Shown: in pieces, positions 9,673 to 18,859 of the stretch
Layout: each line of letters starts with the position of its first letter
Numbering within the stretch: the stretch's first letter is position 1
Assembly: GCA_048882485.1 (NCBI GenBank)
Contig: JBHLRP010000032.1
Span: 1 to 34,705, forward strand
Length of the DNA stretch: 34,705 nt
Reading direction: 5' to 3'
Source of the DNA: Candidatus Thorarchaeota archaeon
GTDB lineage: Archaea > Asgardarchaeota > Thorarchaeia > Thorarchaeales > Thorarchaeaceae
Notes under the pieces: generated by a model
What the model saw: only the letters and a program-made list of their open reading frames with translations
The model's database searches: none
What the model was told of the DNA's origin: nothing
Program-made: the position numbers and the translations under genes

Positions 9673-10623
9673 CTACGCTGTCACACTAACTGCTACCACC
9701 TCATCTCCTGGCTTCTCAGGCAGATCAATTACAAATGCATTCAACATGCCCTGCGTGTATGCGGAGCCTGGATTGACGCAGAGTGTACGACCAATGTGTT
9801 CCATACCTACTGATTCATGGATATGTCCGTGAAGACCTAGGAGAGGCTGGTATTTCTCAAAGGTTTCGCGGACGCTTTTGCTTCCAACAGGCACCATTTC
9901 AGGAGCTCCATATCGGACCTTAACCTGTTGCTTGTCATCTAGTTTTGGTGCAAGATCTATCAGTGTCCCATACGGAGGGGCATGGAAGTTGCAAACTAGA
10001 TTTTCATGTGTGCTGATTCGACCAAATTCCTTCTCCAGCTTGACCATTAGCTCTTCCTCAGGACACTCACGCGGAGTATCCCAAGGTGTTGAATTTACCC
10101 ATTCACAGGAGATCATCTGATGTCTATCGTCAAGATCAACAACTGTTTCGATAGACTGCGTAATCCGACTGCTTTTCATAATGAGCTCATCAATATCCTT
10201 TGCATCATCGTTTCCAGGACTCACTATGACCATTATTTCATTAGGAACTTTCTCCTCAATGAGATTAATCCAAAACTCCATTCGCTCAAGCATCAGCTTC
10301 TGAAAAAGGGATTTGACTTTATCTGGCGAATCTTGAAGCTCTTCTAGTTCCGACTCATTTGAGAAGAACCAATAGAAGCCGCGTTTCTCATAGATGTCCT
10401 TAGCCCTTTGAAGGTCCTTATCGGACTTGTATTTCTCCTTTCGTCCCCACGGTGATGACCACCAGACGCCTGGCTTCTCTTCAACGATAGGCACAACTGC
10501 CTTTCCGGTAAGGTCACCGCACATCATGACAATATCGCAATTGTAGGCCTCGTGGACTTTCACCATCTTGCGAAGGACTGGAACGCTTCCGTGAGCATCA
10601 CAGGAAAATAAGATGCGGGTCAA
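9673..10623 (-). CDS. Calcineurin-like metallophosphoesterase (Icc-related)
   Basis: DAHG, CGD, PGNDD, FHAPP, HGHIHE, NPGS. Start placed at TTG 10623. Confidence 0.88.
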   Translation of the reverse strand: MTRILFSCDAHGSVPVLRKMVKVHEAYNCDIVMMCGDLTGKAVVPIVEEKPGVWWSSPWGRKEKYKSDKDLQRAKDIYEKRGFYWFFSNESELEELQDSPDKVKSLFQKLMLERMEFWINLIEEKVPNEIMVIVSPGNDDAKDIDELIMKSSRITQSIETVVDLDDRHQMISCEWVNSTPWDTPRECPEEELMVKLEKEFGRISTHENLVCNFHAPPYGTLIDLAPKLDDKQQVKVRYGAPEMVPVGSKSVRETFEKYQPLLGLHGHIHESVGMEHIGRTLCVNPGSAYTQGMLNAFVIDLPEKPGDEVVAVSVTA

Positions 10624-10713
10624 TATTAAACCTCGCAAAGCCAGCGGCCGAAATAGATATTTAAACGTTACAGAATTCAAGTCAGGAATTTGTTATTCCT
10701 CGAAGTGTTGTAC

Positions 10714-11484
10714 ATGGAAGGAGAGAAAGGAAATCACCAAGTGTTTGTTGACGAAGCTCTTAGAATCATTGAGGAGGCGGACAAACAAGGAATTATTCTT
10801 AGACTCATGGGGGCAATAGCAATTCGACTTCACAGCCCAGAATATGCGTATCTGCATGAGAAAATGGGTAGGTTCATCACTGACATAGATTATGTCGCCT
10901 ATGAGAAACAGTCATCCAAAATAGAGAAGTTCTTCGAAAGCCAAAACTACTCTCGAAGATTGCTCTCGTTTAGCTTTGCGTTGGGAGGCAGAATGATTTT
11001 CATAAACAACTCTGATGGGCGACATATAGATGTTTTTCTAGATCGACTAGAGATGTGTCATAAGATAGAGTACAAGAAGAGGCTAGAGATCGATAGTCCA
11101 ACCGTTCCTCTAGCTGAATTGCTACTTCAGAAGATGCAGATTGTGAAGATTAGTGAGAAGGACATTATCGACACCACCATGCTGATTTTAGCTCACGAAA
11201 TTGGCGATACTGATGAGAACACCATCAATGCTGGCTACATAGCTGAGATACTCTCCAAGGAATGGGGATTCTATTATACAGTTACTACCAACCTGAAAAA
11301 GGTCGCATCATTGATGCGTGATTTCACTGTTCTCGATAATCAAGAAAAGGATGTTGCAAGTTCTCGAATAGAAGAGATTCTTCAGAGCATTGAGGAAAAG
11401 CCAAAAGGCAGATCTTGGAAGATGAGAGCTAGAGTTGGGACATCAAAGAAGTGGTACAAGGATGTTGACACCCCTGGGGGATGA
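10714..11484 (+). CDS. Uncharacterised Pol-beta-fold nucleotidyltransferase-like protein
   Basis: LMGAIAI (hG), TDIDY (DxD), HIDVF (third Asp), LLLQK, KDIID. Confidence 0.65.
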   Translation: MEGEKGNHQVFVDEALRIIEEADKQGIILRLMGAIAIRLHSPEYAYLHEKMGRFITDIDYVAYEKQSSKIEKFFESQNYSRRLLSFSFALGGRMIFINNSDGRHIDVFLDRLEMCHKIEYKKRLEIDSPTVPLAELLLQKMQIVKISEKDIIDTTMLILAHEIGDTDENTINAGYIAEILSKEWGFYYTVTTNLKKVASLMRDFTVLDNQEKDVASSRIEEILQSIEEKPKGRSWKMRARVGTSKKWYKDVDTPGG

Positions 11485-11525
11485 AATTAGTAAATCCACT
11501 AACAGCCAGAATCTCTGACTTCAAT

Positions 11526-12044
11526 TCATCTTTTCTTGACAATCACAACTGTACAGAAATCGCCGCCCTTTTGCAGATGTGTTTCTCCAACCTCTGTAGG
11601 ATTCTGGGCCTCTAGCTCAGGATTCCAACCCTCAACGAATCCATTGTCAAATAGCTCGAGTATCGGACAGACAGTCGCTAGATAATCTTCAGTCAAGCCC
11701 ATCTCTTCGAATGTAGGAACGAGAGATGGGACGGGACATCTACGCCAATGAATGACTGCCCTATCCTCAGTAAGTTCAATTATTTCTGGATTGAAGACTT
11801 TCGTGCCCCCAAATAGCTCACCAAGAGTCTTGAGGTCATTCTTGCCAACTGCCTTGGCTGCATTCTTGCCTGCCACATATCCAGCATCATAGTTAGCCTG
11901 CTTGATGTCTTCCAGAATCTCTTCGCCATACTTCCCAGGCAATCCGTGAATGAAATAGGAAACAATCAGGCATCTAGTGGCTATCTCTCCTGCAACAAGT
12001 TCGTTGCATAGCTCCCAGCTTAATTCGTCAGACAACTCTTTCAC
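11526..12044 (-). CDS. V4R/ATC-hydrolase-like protein (second paralog)
   Basis: RCP...VC...FDNGF..G.NP...KGGDFC. Confidence 0.65.
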   Translation of the reverse strand: MKELSDELSWELCNELVAGEIATRCLIVSYFIHGLPGKYGEEILEDIKQANYDAGYVAGKNAAKAVGKNDLKTLGELFGGTKVFNPEIIELTEDRAVIHWRRCPVPSLVPTFEEMGLTEDYLATVCPILELFDNGFVEGWNPELEAQNPTEVGETHLQKGGDFCTVVIVKKR

Positions 12045-12064
12045 CTTAGTTCATGATTTTTCGA

Positions 12065-13138
12065 TTAAAAGGTAATCTGGACCTTGATAGACTGTGTCTT
12101 CTTCTTATCCAAAGCGACATCAAAAGCTTCTGATGCCTCTTCGAGTGGGAATTTATGAGTGATCAAGGACTTAGCATCGATTTTCCCTGATTCCAACAAC
12201 TCTAAGGACAGAGCGAATTCCTTTAGATGGGTCCAATATGCATATCCCCACGCGCCTGTTAGTGTGACTTCTTTGGTAATGAGGCTGAACATATTGATAG
12301 GCACTGGATTCAGGAAGATGCCAGTCGCAACAATAATGCCGCGCCTCCTAAGAATGGTGACTCCCTCATCCAAGACAGGTGCTTCTCCTCCAACTGCCTC
12401 AATGACCTTATCCACCCCCTTTCCAGAAGTTAATTCCATGATTTTCTCAACCACGTTTTCCTTCCTTGCGTTAATAGCAGCGGCTGCTCCAAGGCGTTTC
12501 GCTGCCTCAATCTGAAATTCGTGTGCGCCAGTGACAAAGACCTCTCGGGCTCCAGCTGCTAGAACACCCTGAGTTGCAAATAGACCGATGGTCCCAGAAC
12601 CCAGAATGGCCACTCTGTCTTCGTTAGATACCTTAGCGTGTTTGATGGCCCGTTCTGCAACTGCAACGCAGTCCATCATAGCCGCTTCTTCAAACGAAGT
12701 TTTCTCTGAAATCTTGAAGCACTTCTCTGCTGGGGCTACAACAAACTCAGCTAGTCCGCCAATGTAGTAAAACCCGATTAGTCCTGAATTCTCACATAGA
12801 TTATACAGGCCGGTTTTACACCAATCACACTTGCCACAGTTGACTGTGGGCTCAACAACCACTCTGTCACCAACCTCAAGGTCAGTGACACCCTCGCCTA
12901 GCTCCTGAATCTCACCTGCAAGCTCATGGCCTGGAACATAGATTCCTTCACCAATCACAGATGAGATTGGAATGAATGTCTTCTCTTTGTACAGATGCAA
13001 ATCGCTTCCACAAATTCCAGCTGCTCGCACCTTGATCAAGACCCAACCAGGTTTGAGGCCCGGAATATCAAGTTCCTCAACCCTGAGATCCCTAGGTCCG
13101 TAAAGAATCCCAGCCTTCATCTTTCCCAATTTGGCCAA
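12065..13138 (-). CDS. Zn-dependent MDR alcohol/polyol dehydrogenase
   Basis: GICGSD, GHE, CxxCxxCx7C, GSGTIG. Confidence 0.93.
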   Translation of the reverse strand: MAKLGKMKAGILYGPRDLRVEELDIPGLKPGWVLIKVRAAGICGSDLHLYKEKTFIPISSVIGEGIYVPGHELAGEIQELGEGVTDLEVGDRVVVEPTVNCGKCDWCKTGLYNLCENSGLIGFYYIGGLAEFVVAPAEKCFKISEKTSFEEAAMMDCVAVAERAIKHAKVSNEDRVAILGSGTIGLFATQGVLAAGAREVFVTGAHEFQIEAAKRLGAAAAINARKENVVEKIMELTSGKGVDKVIEAVGGEAPVLDEGVTILRRRGIIVATGIFLNPVPINMFSLITKEVTLTGAWGYAYWTHLKEFALSLELLESGKIDAKSLITHKFPLEEASEAFDVALDKKKTQSIKVQITF

Positions 13139-13220
13139 TCTCCCTAAGAAGACGCCCTGACGCTGCGAACTACATAAACATTTCCGCTGAAGGTTTAATT
13201 AGAGGATGCATCTTAAGGCG

Positions 13221-13232
13221 GAGTTAAATCCC
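13221..13232. promoter_or_regulatory. Recurring intergenic motif GAGTTAAATCCC (copy 2)
   Basis: Lies in the divergent promoter between the ADH and URO-D genes; identical to the reverse complement of 7109-7120. Confidence 0.45.
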
Positions 13233-13272
13233 GCAAGCGGAATTAGCACATTCTCAGGAGTGTCAATCAAGA

Positions 13273-14403
13273 ATGAATTCACGAGAGAGATTCCACAAAG
13301 CTGTTAACCATGAGGAACCAGATAGGGTGCCATTCGATTATTGGACAACGTCAGCTGCGTATCGCAACTTGCGAGATCACCTAGGCATAACTGCTAAGGA
13401 GGACCAAGAATGGGGTATAATGGAAGAATGGAAAATCTCGGAGGAAATGCTGCGTAGACTCCATGTAGACTTCCGACGTGTGTATATGAATCCATCTTCA
13501 AGTTTCAAGATGAGGACCTATCCTGATGGCTCCACCGACACAGAATATGGCTTTCGCGGAAAATACATCGGTCTCTACTGGGAAGTGACCTATTTCCCAT
13601 GGGCTGAGTTCACAGAAGTGGAACAAATCGAGGAGTACCCATGGCCGGATGCAGATGATCCTTCACGAATGGAAGGCGTTGTTGAATGGGCAAAGTACCT
13701 CCATGATAATACTGACTATGCAGTGGTTGGGATGGTGGGCGGGCCATGGGGAGTCTTTGAGATATGTGAGCACTACATGCGCGGATTTGACAAGTTTTTG
13801 ATTGATTTGGGCCAACGCACAAAGCTCGCAGAAGCAATGATGGACAAAGCAATGGAGTTGGCACTCGATATGAATAGAGTCCTTTTGGATGAAGCGGGAG
13901 AGTATCTGGACATTGTACAAGTAGGTGACGACCTCGGGCATCAGGATGGTCTGATTATGAGTCCTCGGATGTACAAGAAGCTCGTAAAACCTCGGCACAA
14001 GAAAATCTATGGTGACATACACAAGAGAGCTCCTCATGTCAAAATTCTCTATCACAGCTGCGGAGCAGTAGAGCCGATGATAAATGACCTATTGGAGGTT
14101 GACGTGGATATTCTCAATCCGATTCAGCCTCTTGCAAAGGGAATGGACTCTGCTATTCTAAAAGAGAAATACGGTGACAGACTAACCTTTCATGGCGGAG
14201 TTGACCTTCAACGGGCTATGTCTGAGAGAGGCACTTCTGATGACCTCAGGAGCGAGATAGACACGCGCTTGAAAGCACTCGCACCGGGTGGAGGCTATAT
14301 TCTAGCTCCAGCCCACAACATACAGCCGGATTCTACTCCAGAGAAGATTCTTGAGATGTATGACTATGCCGAGAAGAGGGGAAGGTATCCCCTCAATTTC
14401 TAG
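13273..14403 (+). CDS. Uroporphyrinogen decarboxylase / MtaA-CmuA methyltransferase family protein
   Basis: MNSRER..A..H.EPDRVP, GDDLG, YHSCG, LNPIQ, GGVD, GGGYILAPAHNIQ. Confidence 0.88.
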   Translation: MNSRERFHKAVNHEEPDRVPFDYWTTSAAYRNLRDHLGITAKEDQEWGIMEEWKISEEMLRRLHVDFRRVYMNPSSSFKMRTYPDGSTDTEYGFRGKYIGLYWEVTYFPWAEFTEVEQIEEYPWPDADDPSRMEGVVEWAKYLHDNTDYAVVGMVGGPWGVFEICEHYMRGFDKFLIDLGQRTKLAEAMMDKAMELALDMNRVLLDEAGEYLDIVQVGDDLGHQDGLIMSPRMYKKLVKPRHKKIYGDIHKRAPHVKILYHSCGAVEPMINDLLEVDVDILNPIQPLAKGMDSAILKEKYGDRLTFHGGVDLQRAMSERGTSDDLRSEIDTRLKALAPGGGYILAPAHNIQPDSTPEKILEMYDYAEKRGRYPLNF

Positions 14404-15068
14404 GGAATAGGCCTTTCCTTGTGAAGCTCATGAGGGTCCTCCCCATCATCAAGCTTCTCTGACCACCAGTTGTCAGTATCAACTACTCCCTCAGCGTGCT
14501 TTAGGACCTCCTCAATCATGTCCTGAGGAATCACTACAACTCCGTCTCCATCCGCAAAGATAAGATCGCCCGGATTCACAATGACTCCACCGCACACTAT
14601 CTGTTGGTTTACAGATTCCACATCAAGTCGACCTCTCATAGTGCCTGGATGACGTCCTCGGGCAAATACCGTGAACCCAACCTGGTCAATATCCACAATG
14701 TCTCGTGATGTGCCATCTACCACAGCACCTTGAATGCCCCGAGGGATGCCTATCTTTGTCAACACTTGACCCCATATTGAGCAATCCTTCGCTCCTCCAG
14801 AGTCGATGACCAAAAGGTCTCCAGGCTCGGCGTCTGTCGACAAGCTCATTAGACGATCGAGTTGCTTCTCGTCATAAGGCCGCTGAGATGGCGAACGGAC
14901 CATTCTACCGGTTCGCGCAAATCCAGCCATTCTCACATTCTTTGTCAAGGGAACTATACCACTATCCATGCATACTCGACCGATGCCAACCTCATCAGCC
15001 GCATCTGAGAATGCCGCCACATAGAGCTTCATACAACGATCGATTATTGCTTGTCGTCTGTCAGTCAT
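14400..15068 (-). CDS. RraA-family / HMG-CHA aldolase-like protein
   Basis: SDA, WGQ, VVDGTSRD, GGVIVNPGDLIFADGDGVVVIP. Confidence 0.88.
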   Translation of the reverse strand: MTDRRQAIIDRCMKLYVAAFSDAADEVGIGRVCMDSGIVPLTKNVRMAGFARTGRMVRSPSQRPYDEKQLDRLMSLSTDAEPGDLLVIDSGGAKDCSIWGQVLTKIGIPRGIQGAVVDGTSRDIVDIDQVGFTVFARGRHPGTMRGRLDVESVNQQIVCGGVIVNPGDLIFADGDGVVVIPQDMIEEVLKHAEGVVDTDNWWSEKLDDGEDPHELHKERPIP

Positions 15069-15217
15069 TTATTGCTCTCCTATAGTCATCCTTAGCTATG
15101 TTTCCTAATGGCGTCTTAAATCTCCTATGCATTGAGGACATTGACCTCAGGTAATCAGATGGTCCAATTGGCACATTATATAAAGCAGGTGGACTCCGCC
15201 ACCAGCAGGGACTAGTA

Positions 15218-16378
15218 ATGCTCGCGAAGAGAAATGAAATCATTGTGGCCAGCGAGATACGAAAGATGTTCAGAATGGCAATGGGTCGAGAGAATGCACT
15301 TGATATGACAGTCGGTATGCCTGATTTCGATACTCCACAGTACATCAAGGATGCCGCATATCAGGCAATTGCAGACGGGTATACCAAGTATACACACAAT
15401 GCTGGCTTGCCTGAAGTCCGCGAGGCATTCGCGGAGAAACTCAAGCGAGATAACGCTATTGACGCAGATCCTGTGACAGAGATCATATGCACTGCTGGAG
15501 GCATGGGCTCGCTTTTGCTCTCCAATCTTGTCATTGTCGATTCAGGAGATGAGGTAATCTATCCAGACCCTGGATTTGTAAGCCATGCTGCACATATCGC
15601 AATGTGCGGAGGAATAGGGGTTCCAATTCAGCTTAAGAGAGATCTTGGTTTCTCATTCAAAGCTGACGGCCTCTTGGAATTGATTACTGACAAGACCAAG
15701 CTGCTCGTTCTCAATTTCCCCAACAATCCCACTGGGGGAACCATTCCGAGAAATGAACTCAAGAGAGTAGCTGAAATCGCAATAGAGCATGATTTGTATG
15801 TCCTAGCGGATGGAGCGTATGAGAAGTTTAGATGGAACGATGAAAAGCCGCTCTTCATTGGATCGCTACCTGGAATGAAGGAGAGAACAGTCTCGCTCTT
15901 CTCGTTCTCAAAGACCTATGCAATGACAGGATGGAGAATTGGCTTCGCAACTGGTCCCGTAGAGATAATAGAGAATATGGTCAAACTTCAGGAACATGTG
16001 CTATCGATGCCTACCTCAATCTCACAAAAAGCTGCACAAGCAGCTGTTACCGGACCACAGGACTCCGTGAAGGTCATGACTGACACATTCAGAAAGCGAC
16101 GAGATATCATAACAAAGGGACTGAATGCAATTGAGGGAGTTGAATTGGCTCCGCCTGGCGGCGCGTTCTATGTCTTCCCTGATGTCAGCGCATTCGGAAT
16201 CAAGTCGTTAGACCTGGCAGTTAAGCTTGTAGAGGACACCGGTGTTGTCACAGTTCATGGTTCAGCTTTTGGTCATTATGGTGAAGGGTTCCTTCGTATC
16301 TGCTATGCCATGTCTAATGAAACGATTGAAGATGCCATCCAGAGACTTGATACATATTTGCCGAAGCTCCTTCGTTAG
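15218..16378 (+). CDS. PLP-dependent class I/II aminotransferase
   Basis: GMPDF, NNPTG, DGAY, SFSKTYAMTGWRIG, GAFY. Confidence 0.93.
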   Translation: MLAKRNEIIVASEIRKMFRMAMGRENALDMTVGMPDFDTPQYIKDAAYQAIADGYTKYTHNAGLPEVREAFAEKLKRDNAIDADPVTEIICTAGGMGSLLLSNLVIVDSGDEVIYPDPGFVSHAAHIAMCGGIGVPIQLKRDLGFSFKADGLLELITDKTKLLVLNFPNNPTGGTIPRNELKRVAEIAIEHDLYVLADGAYEKFRWNDEKPLFIGSLPGMKERTVSLFSFSKTYAMTGWRIGFATGPVEIIENMVKLQEHVLSMPTSISQKAAQAAVTGPQDSVKVMTDTFRKRRDIITKGLNAIEGVELAPPGGAFYVFPDVSAFGIKSLDLAVKLVEDTGVVTVHGSAFGHYGEGFLRICYAMSNETIEDAIQRLDTYLPKLLR

Positions 16379-16434
16379 CTCGAAATTTGGCGCTAGGGGA
16401 AGAGTAAATAGCTTTAATGCCAGTATATTTGACG

Positions 16435-18780
16435 ATGAACTCTCGGACCAGTCGCTTGCGCGACCGCATGCTAGATGCTCAGCCAACTATATCTTCAGAG
16501 AGAGCGAGGCTGTTCACAGATTATCTCAAATCGCATGAGGATGAGCCAACCAAGATTAGAATGGCAAAGGCATTTTCATTCGTCCTATATAATATGACTC
16601 TACGAATTGAGCCAGAAGAGGTCATTGTGGCAAACATGGGACCCACTCCTCGCTCCTGTCAGATCTTCCCAGAATATAGTTGGACCTGGATCTATGACGA
16701 GCTTGATCGATTCAACAAGCGACGAACTGAACGTTTTGAGATAGAAGAATCTGACAAAAAGGCACTCAGAGAGGTCTTTGAATATTGGAAAGGGAAAAGC
16801 ACAGCTGAAATCGCTCGGGAAGAAATGCCTGTGGAATCACAGCGTGCCTCTAAAGCTGGATTGTTCACTATTGGAGCGCCAGGTACTGGAATTGGTCACT
16901 TCATTCCAGACTACGAACGTGTTCTATCTGAAGGGCTTGAAGCGATGGCCAGTGAAGCTGCTAGCCTTCGGGCCAAGACAAAGGACAAGGACAAACAGGA
17001 ATTCTATGAGGCTGTTGAAATTTCAATAGCAGGAGTCATTGGGTTCGCCAATCGATATGCAGACCTAGCAGAGCAAATGGCTGCAGATACAAATGAACCA
17101 GAACGCAGGAAAGAACTTGAACAAATGGCAGAGATATGTAGAAGAGTGCCTGCCAAGCCAGCCACTTCATTTCGTGAAGCGCTACAGTCATTTTGGTTCA
17201 TTCAATTGCTAGTGCAGATGGAGTCGAATGGCCATTCTATATCAACTGGAAGATTCGACCAATACATGTATCCCTTCTACAGCAAGGATATTGCATCAGG
17301 TCTGATAAACAAGGAAACAGCTATCGAGCTCCTAGAGATGTTGTGGATAAAATTCGCCTCTGTAATCAAGCTCCGCGATGAATACTATAGCGTAGCTTTT
17401 GCAGGATTTCCTATGTTTCAGAATCTTACCATTGGCGGTCAAGATATCAATGGTAATGATACATGTAATGATTTAACAGAACTCATTCTTGAGGCCACTG
17501 GAAACACCAGGGTTACTCAGCCTACCATTTCATTCAGGTGGCATAAGGGGACACCAGAGAGATTCAAACTCAAGGTTGTTGATGTCATCTCCAAGGGACT
17601 AGGGATGCCTGGTATCTTCAATGATGGGATTATTATCCCACTGATGCAGGATAAGGGAACGGATCCCTCCGAAATCCATGATTATTCCATCCTTGGATGT
17701 GTAGAACCTATCATAGCCGGAAAGTCAGATCCAAGGCAGAATATCGGCTATGTCAATTTGCCAAAGATTCTAGAGATAACCCTTAGCAACGGAAGAGACC
17801 CCGGTGCTGGAGAAATGGTAGGTCTCTTGACTGGTGACCCGAGGGACTTCAAATCTTTTGATGAACTCTGGCAAGCTTATGAGAAACAGATTGAATACGC
17901 CATCGACCTGCTCACGAGAGCGGATAGAGTAGCGGCAGGCATTCTCTCAAGTGAAAAACCTACGCCCTTCATCTCATCACTCCTTCAGGGCTGTTTGAAA
18001 AGTGGAAAGACAATGCAGGAAGGAGGCGTGAAGTATAACTCGGGGGGTATAATGGGCACCGGCGTTGCGATTGTAGCCGACTCCCTTTCGATGTTGAGGA
18101 AATATGTCTTTGAGTCAACTGAAATCTCGATGGACGAGATGCTTCATATGCTGGAGAACGATTATGAAGGAAAAGAAGAATTCAGAATTCGTCTTGAGAA
18201 TGATCCTGACAAATACGGAAATGACATTGAACGAGTAGACTTCCTAGCTCGTGACACAGGGAAAGCCTTCTGCAATTCAATTCAGAAAAGGATGACAACG
18301 CGAAATGGTCCGTATCATGGTGCACTATTCTCAGTTTCTATGTATATACCTCAAGGCGAGGTTATTGGAGCAACTCCAGATGGCAGAAAAGCTGGAAAGA
18401 TGATTTCCGATGGCGTGTCCCCAACTCAGAATCGCGACGTTCATGGGCCAACTGCTGCTATGAACTCCGTGGCGCGACTGGATCACAGGCTTTGCTACAA
18501 TGGGACACTCTACAACATGAAGTTCACTCCGGACTACTTCGAATCCACTTCTAGCAGAAAGAAGTTCATCAGTCTAATTGACGGATACTTCGAACTTGGG
18601 GGACTGCATGTGCAGTTCAACGTCGTGGACAAAGAAATCCTAGAAGACGCGAAAGTGAATCCCCTACAACATAGGGATCTCATCGTACGTGTTGCCGGTT
18701 ACAGTGCTTACTTCATTGAACTTGACCCATTTGTTCAGGATGAGGTGATTGCACGAACGGAGTTCAGGCCTAGCGCTTAA
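16435..18780 (+). CDS. Glycyl radical enzyme, glycerol/diol-dehydratase-like (PFL2) group, substrate unknown
   Basis: Gly loop RVAGYS, Cys loop GCVEP, ESNGHSISTGRFDQY, ATPDGR, HVQFNV. Start placed at ATG 16435 (alternative 16417). Confidence 0.93.
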   Translation: MNSRTSRLRDRMLDAQPTISSERARLFTDYLKSHEDEPTKIRMAKAFSFVLYNMTLRIEPEEVIVANMGPTPRSCQIFPEYSWTWIYDELDRFNKRRTERFEIEESDKKALREVFEYWKGKSTAEIAREEMPVESQRASKAGLFTIGAPGTGIGHFIPDYERVLSEGLEAMASEAASLRAKTKDKDKQEFYEAVEISIAGVIGFANRYADLAEQMAADTNEPERRKELEQMAEICRRVPAKPATSFREALQSFWFIQLLVQMESNGHSISTGRFDQYMYPFYSKDIASGLINKETAIELLEMLWIKFASVIKLRDEYYSVAFAGFPMFQNLTIGGQDINGNDTCNDLTELILEATGNTRVTQPTISFRWHKGTPERFKLKVVDVISKGLGMPGIFNDGIIIPLMQDKGTDPSEIHDYSILGCVEPIIAGKSDPRQNIGYVNLPKILEITLSNGRDPGAGEMVGLLTGDPRDFKSFDELWQAYEKQIEYAIDLLTRADRVAAGILSSEKPTPFISSLLQGCLKSGKTMQEGGVKYNSGGIMGTGVAIVADSLSMLRKYVFESTEISMDEMLHMLENDYEGKEEFRIRLENDPDKYGNDIERVDFLARDTGKAFCNSIQKRMTTRNGPYHGALFSVSMYIPQGEVIGATPDGRKAGKMISDGVSPTQNRDVHGPTAAMNSVARLDHRLCYNGTLYNMKFTPDYFESTSSRKKFISLIDGYFELGGLHVQFNVVDKEILEDAKVNPLQHRDLIVRVAGYSAYFIELDPFVQDEVIARTEFRPSA

Positions 18781-18800
18781 GCATCATCGTACTTACGGCA

Positions 18801-18810
18801 GATTTAACTC
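18801..18810. promoter_or_regulatory. Recurring intergenic motif GATTTAACTC (copy 3)
   Basis: About 50 nt upstream of kdgK; the same 10-mer occurs at 7111 and 13221. Confidence 0.4.
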
Positions 18811-18859
18811 TCAGACCATTCCTTCTCATCTCGTTTAATCGACCAAAGAGTGTGATTCA

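Noticed and set aside
16417-18780. Pyruvate formate-lyase or choline TMA-lyase assignment
   Set aside because: It lacks the PFL CC pair. The ESNGHS region is dehydratase-like, and there are no microcompartment or cutD genes.
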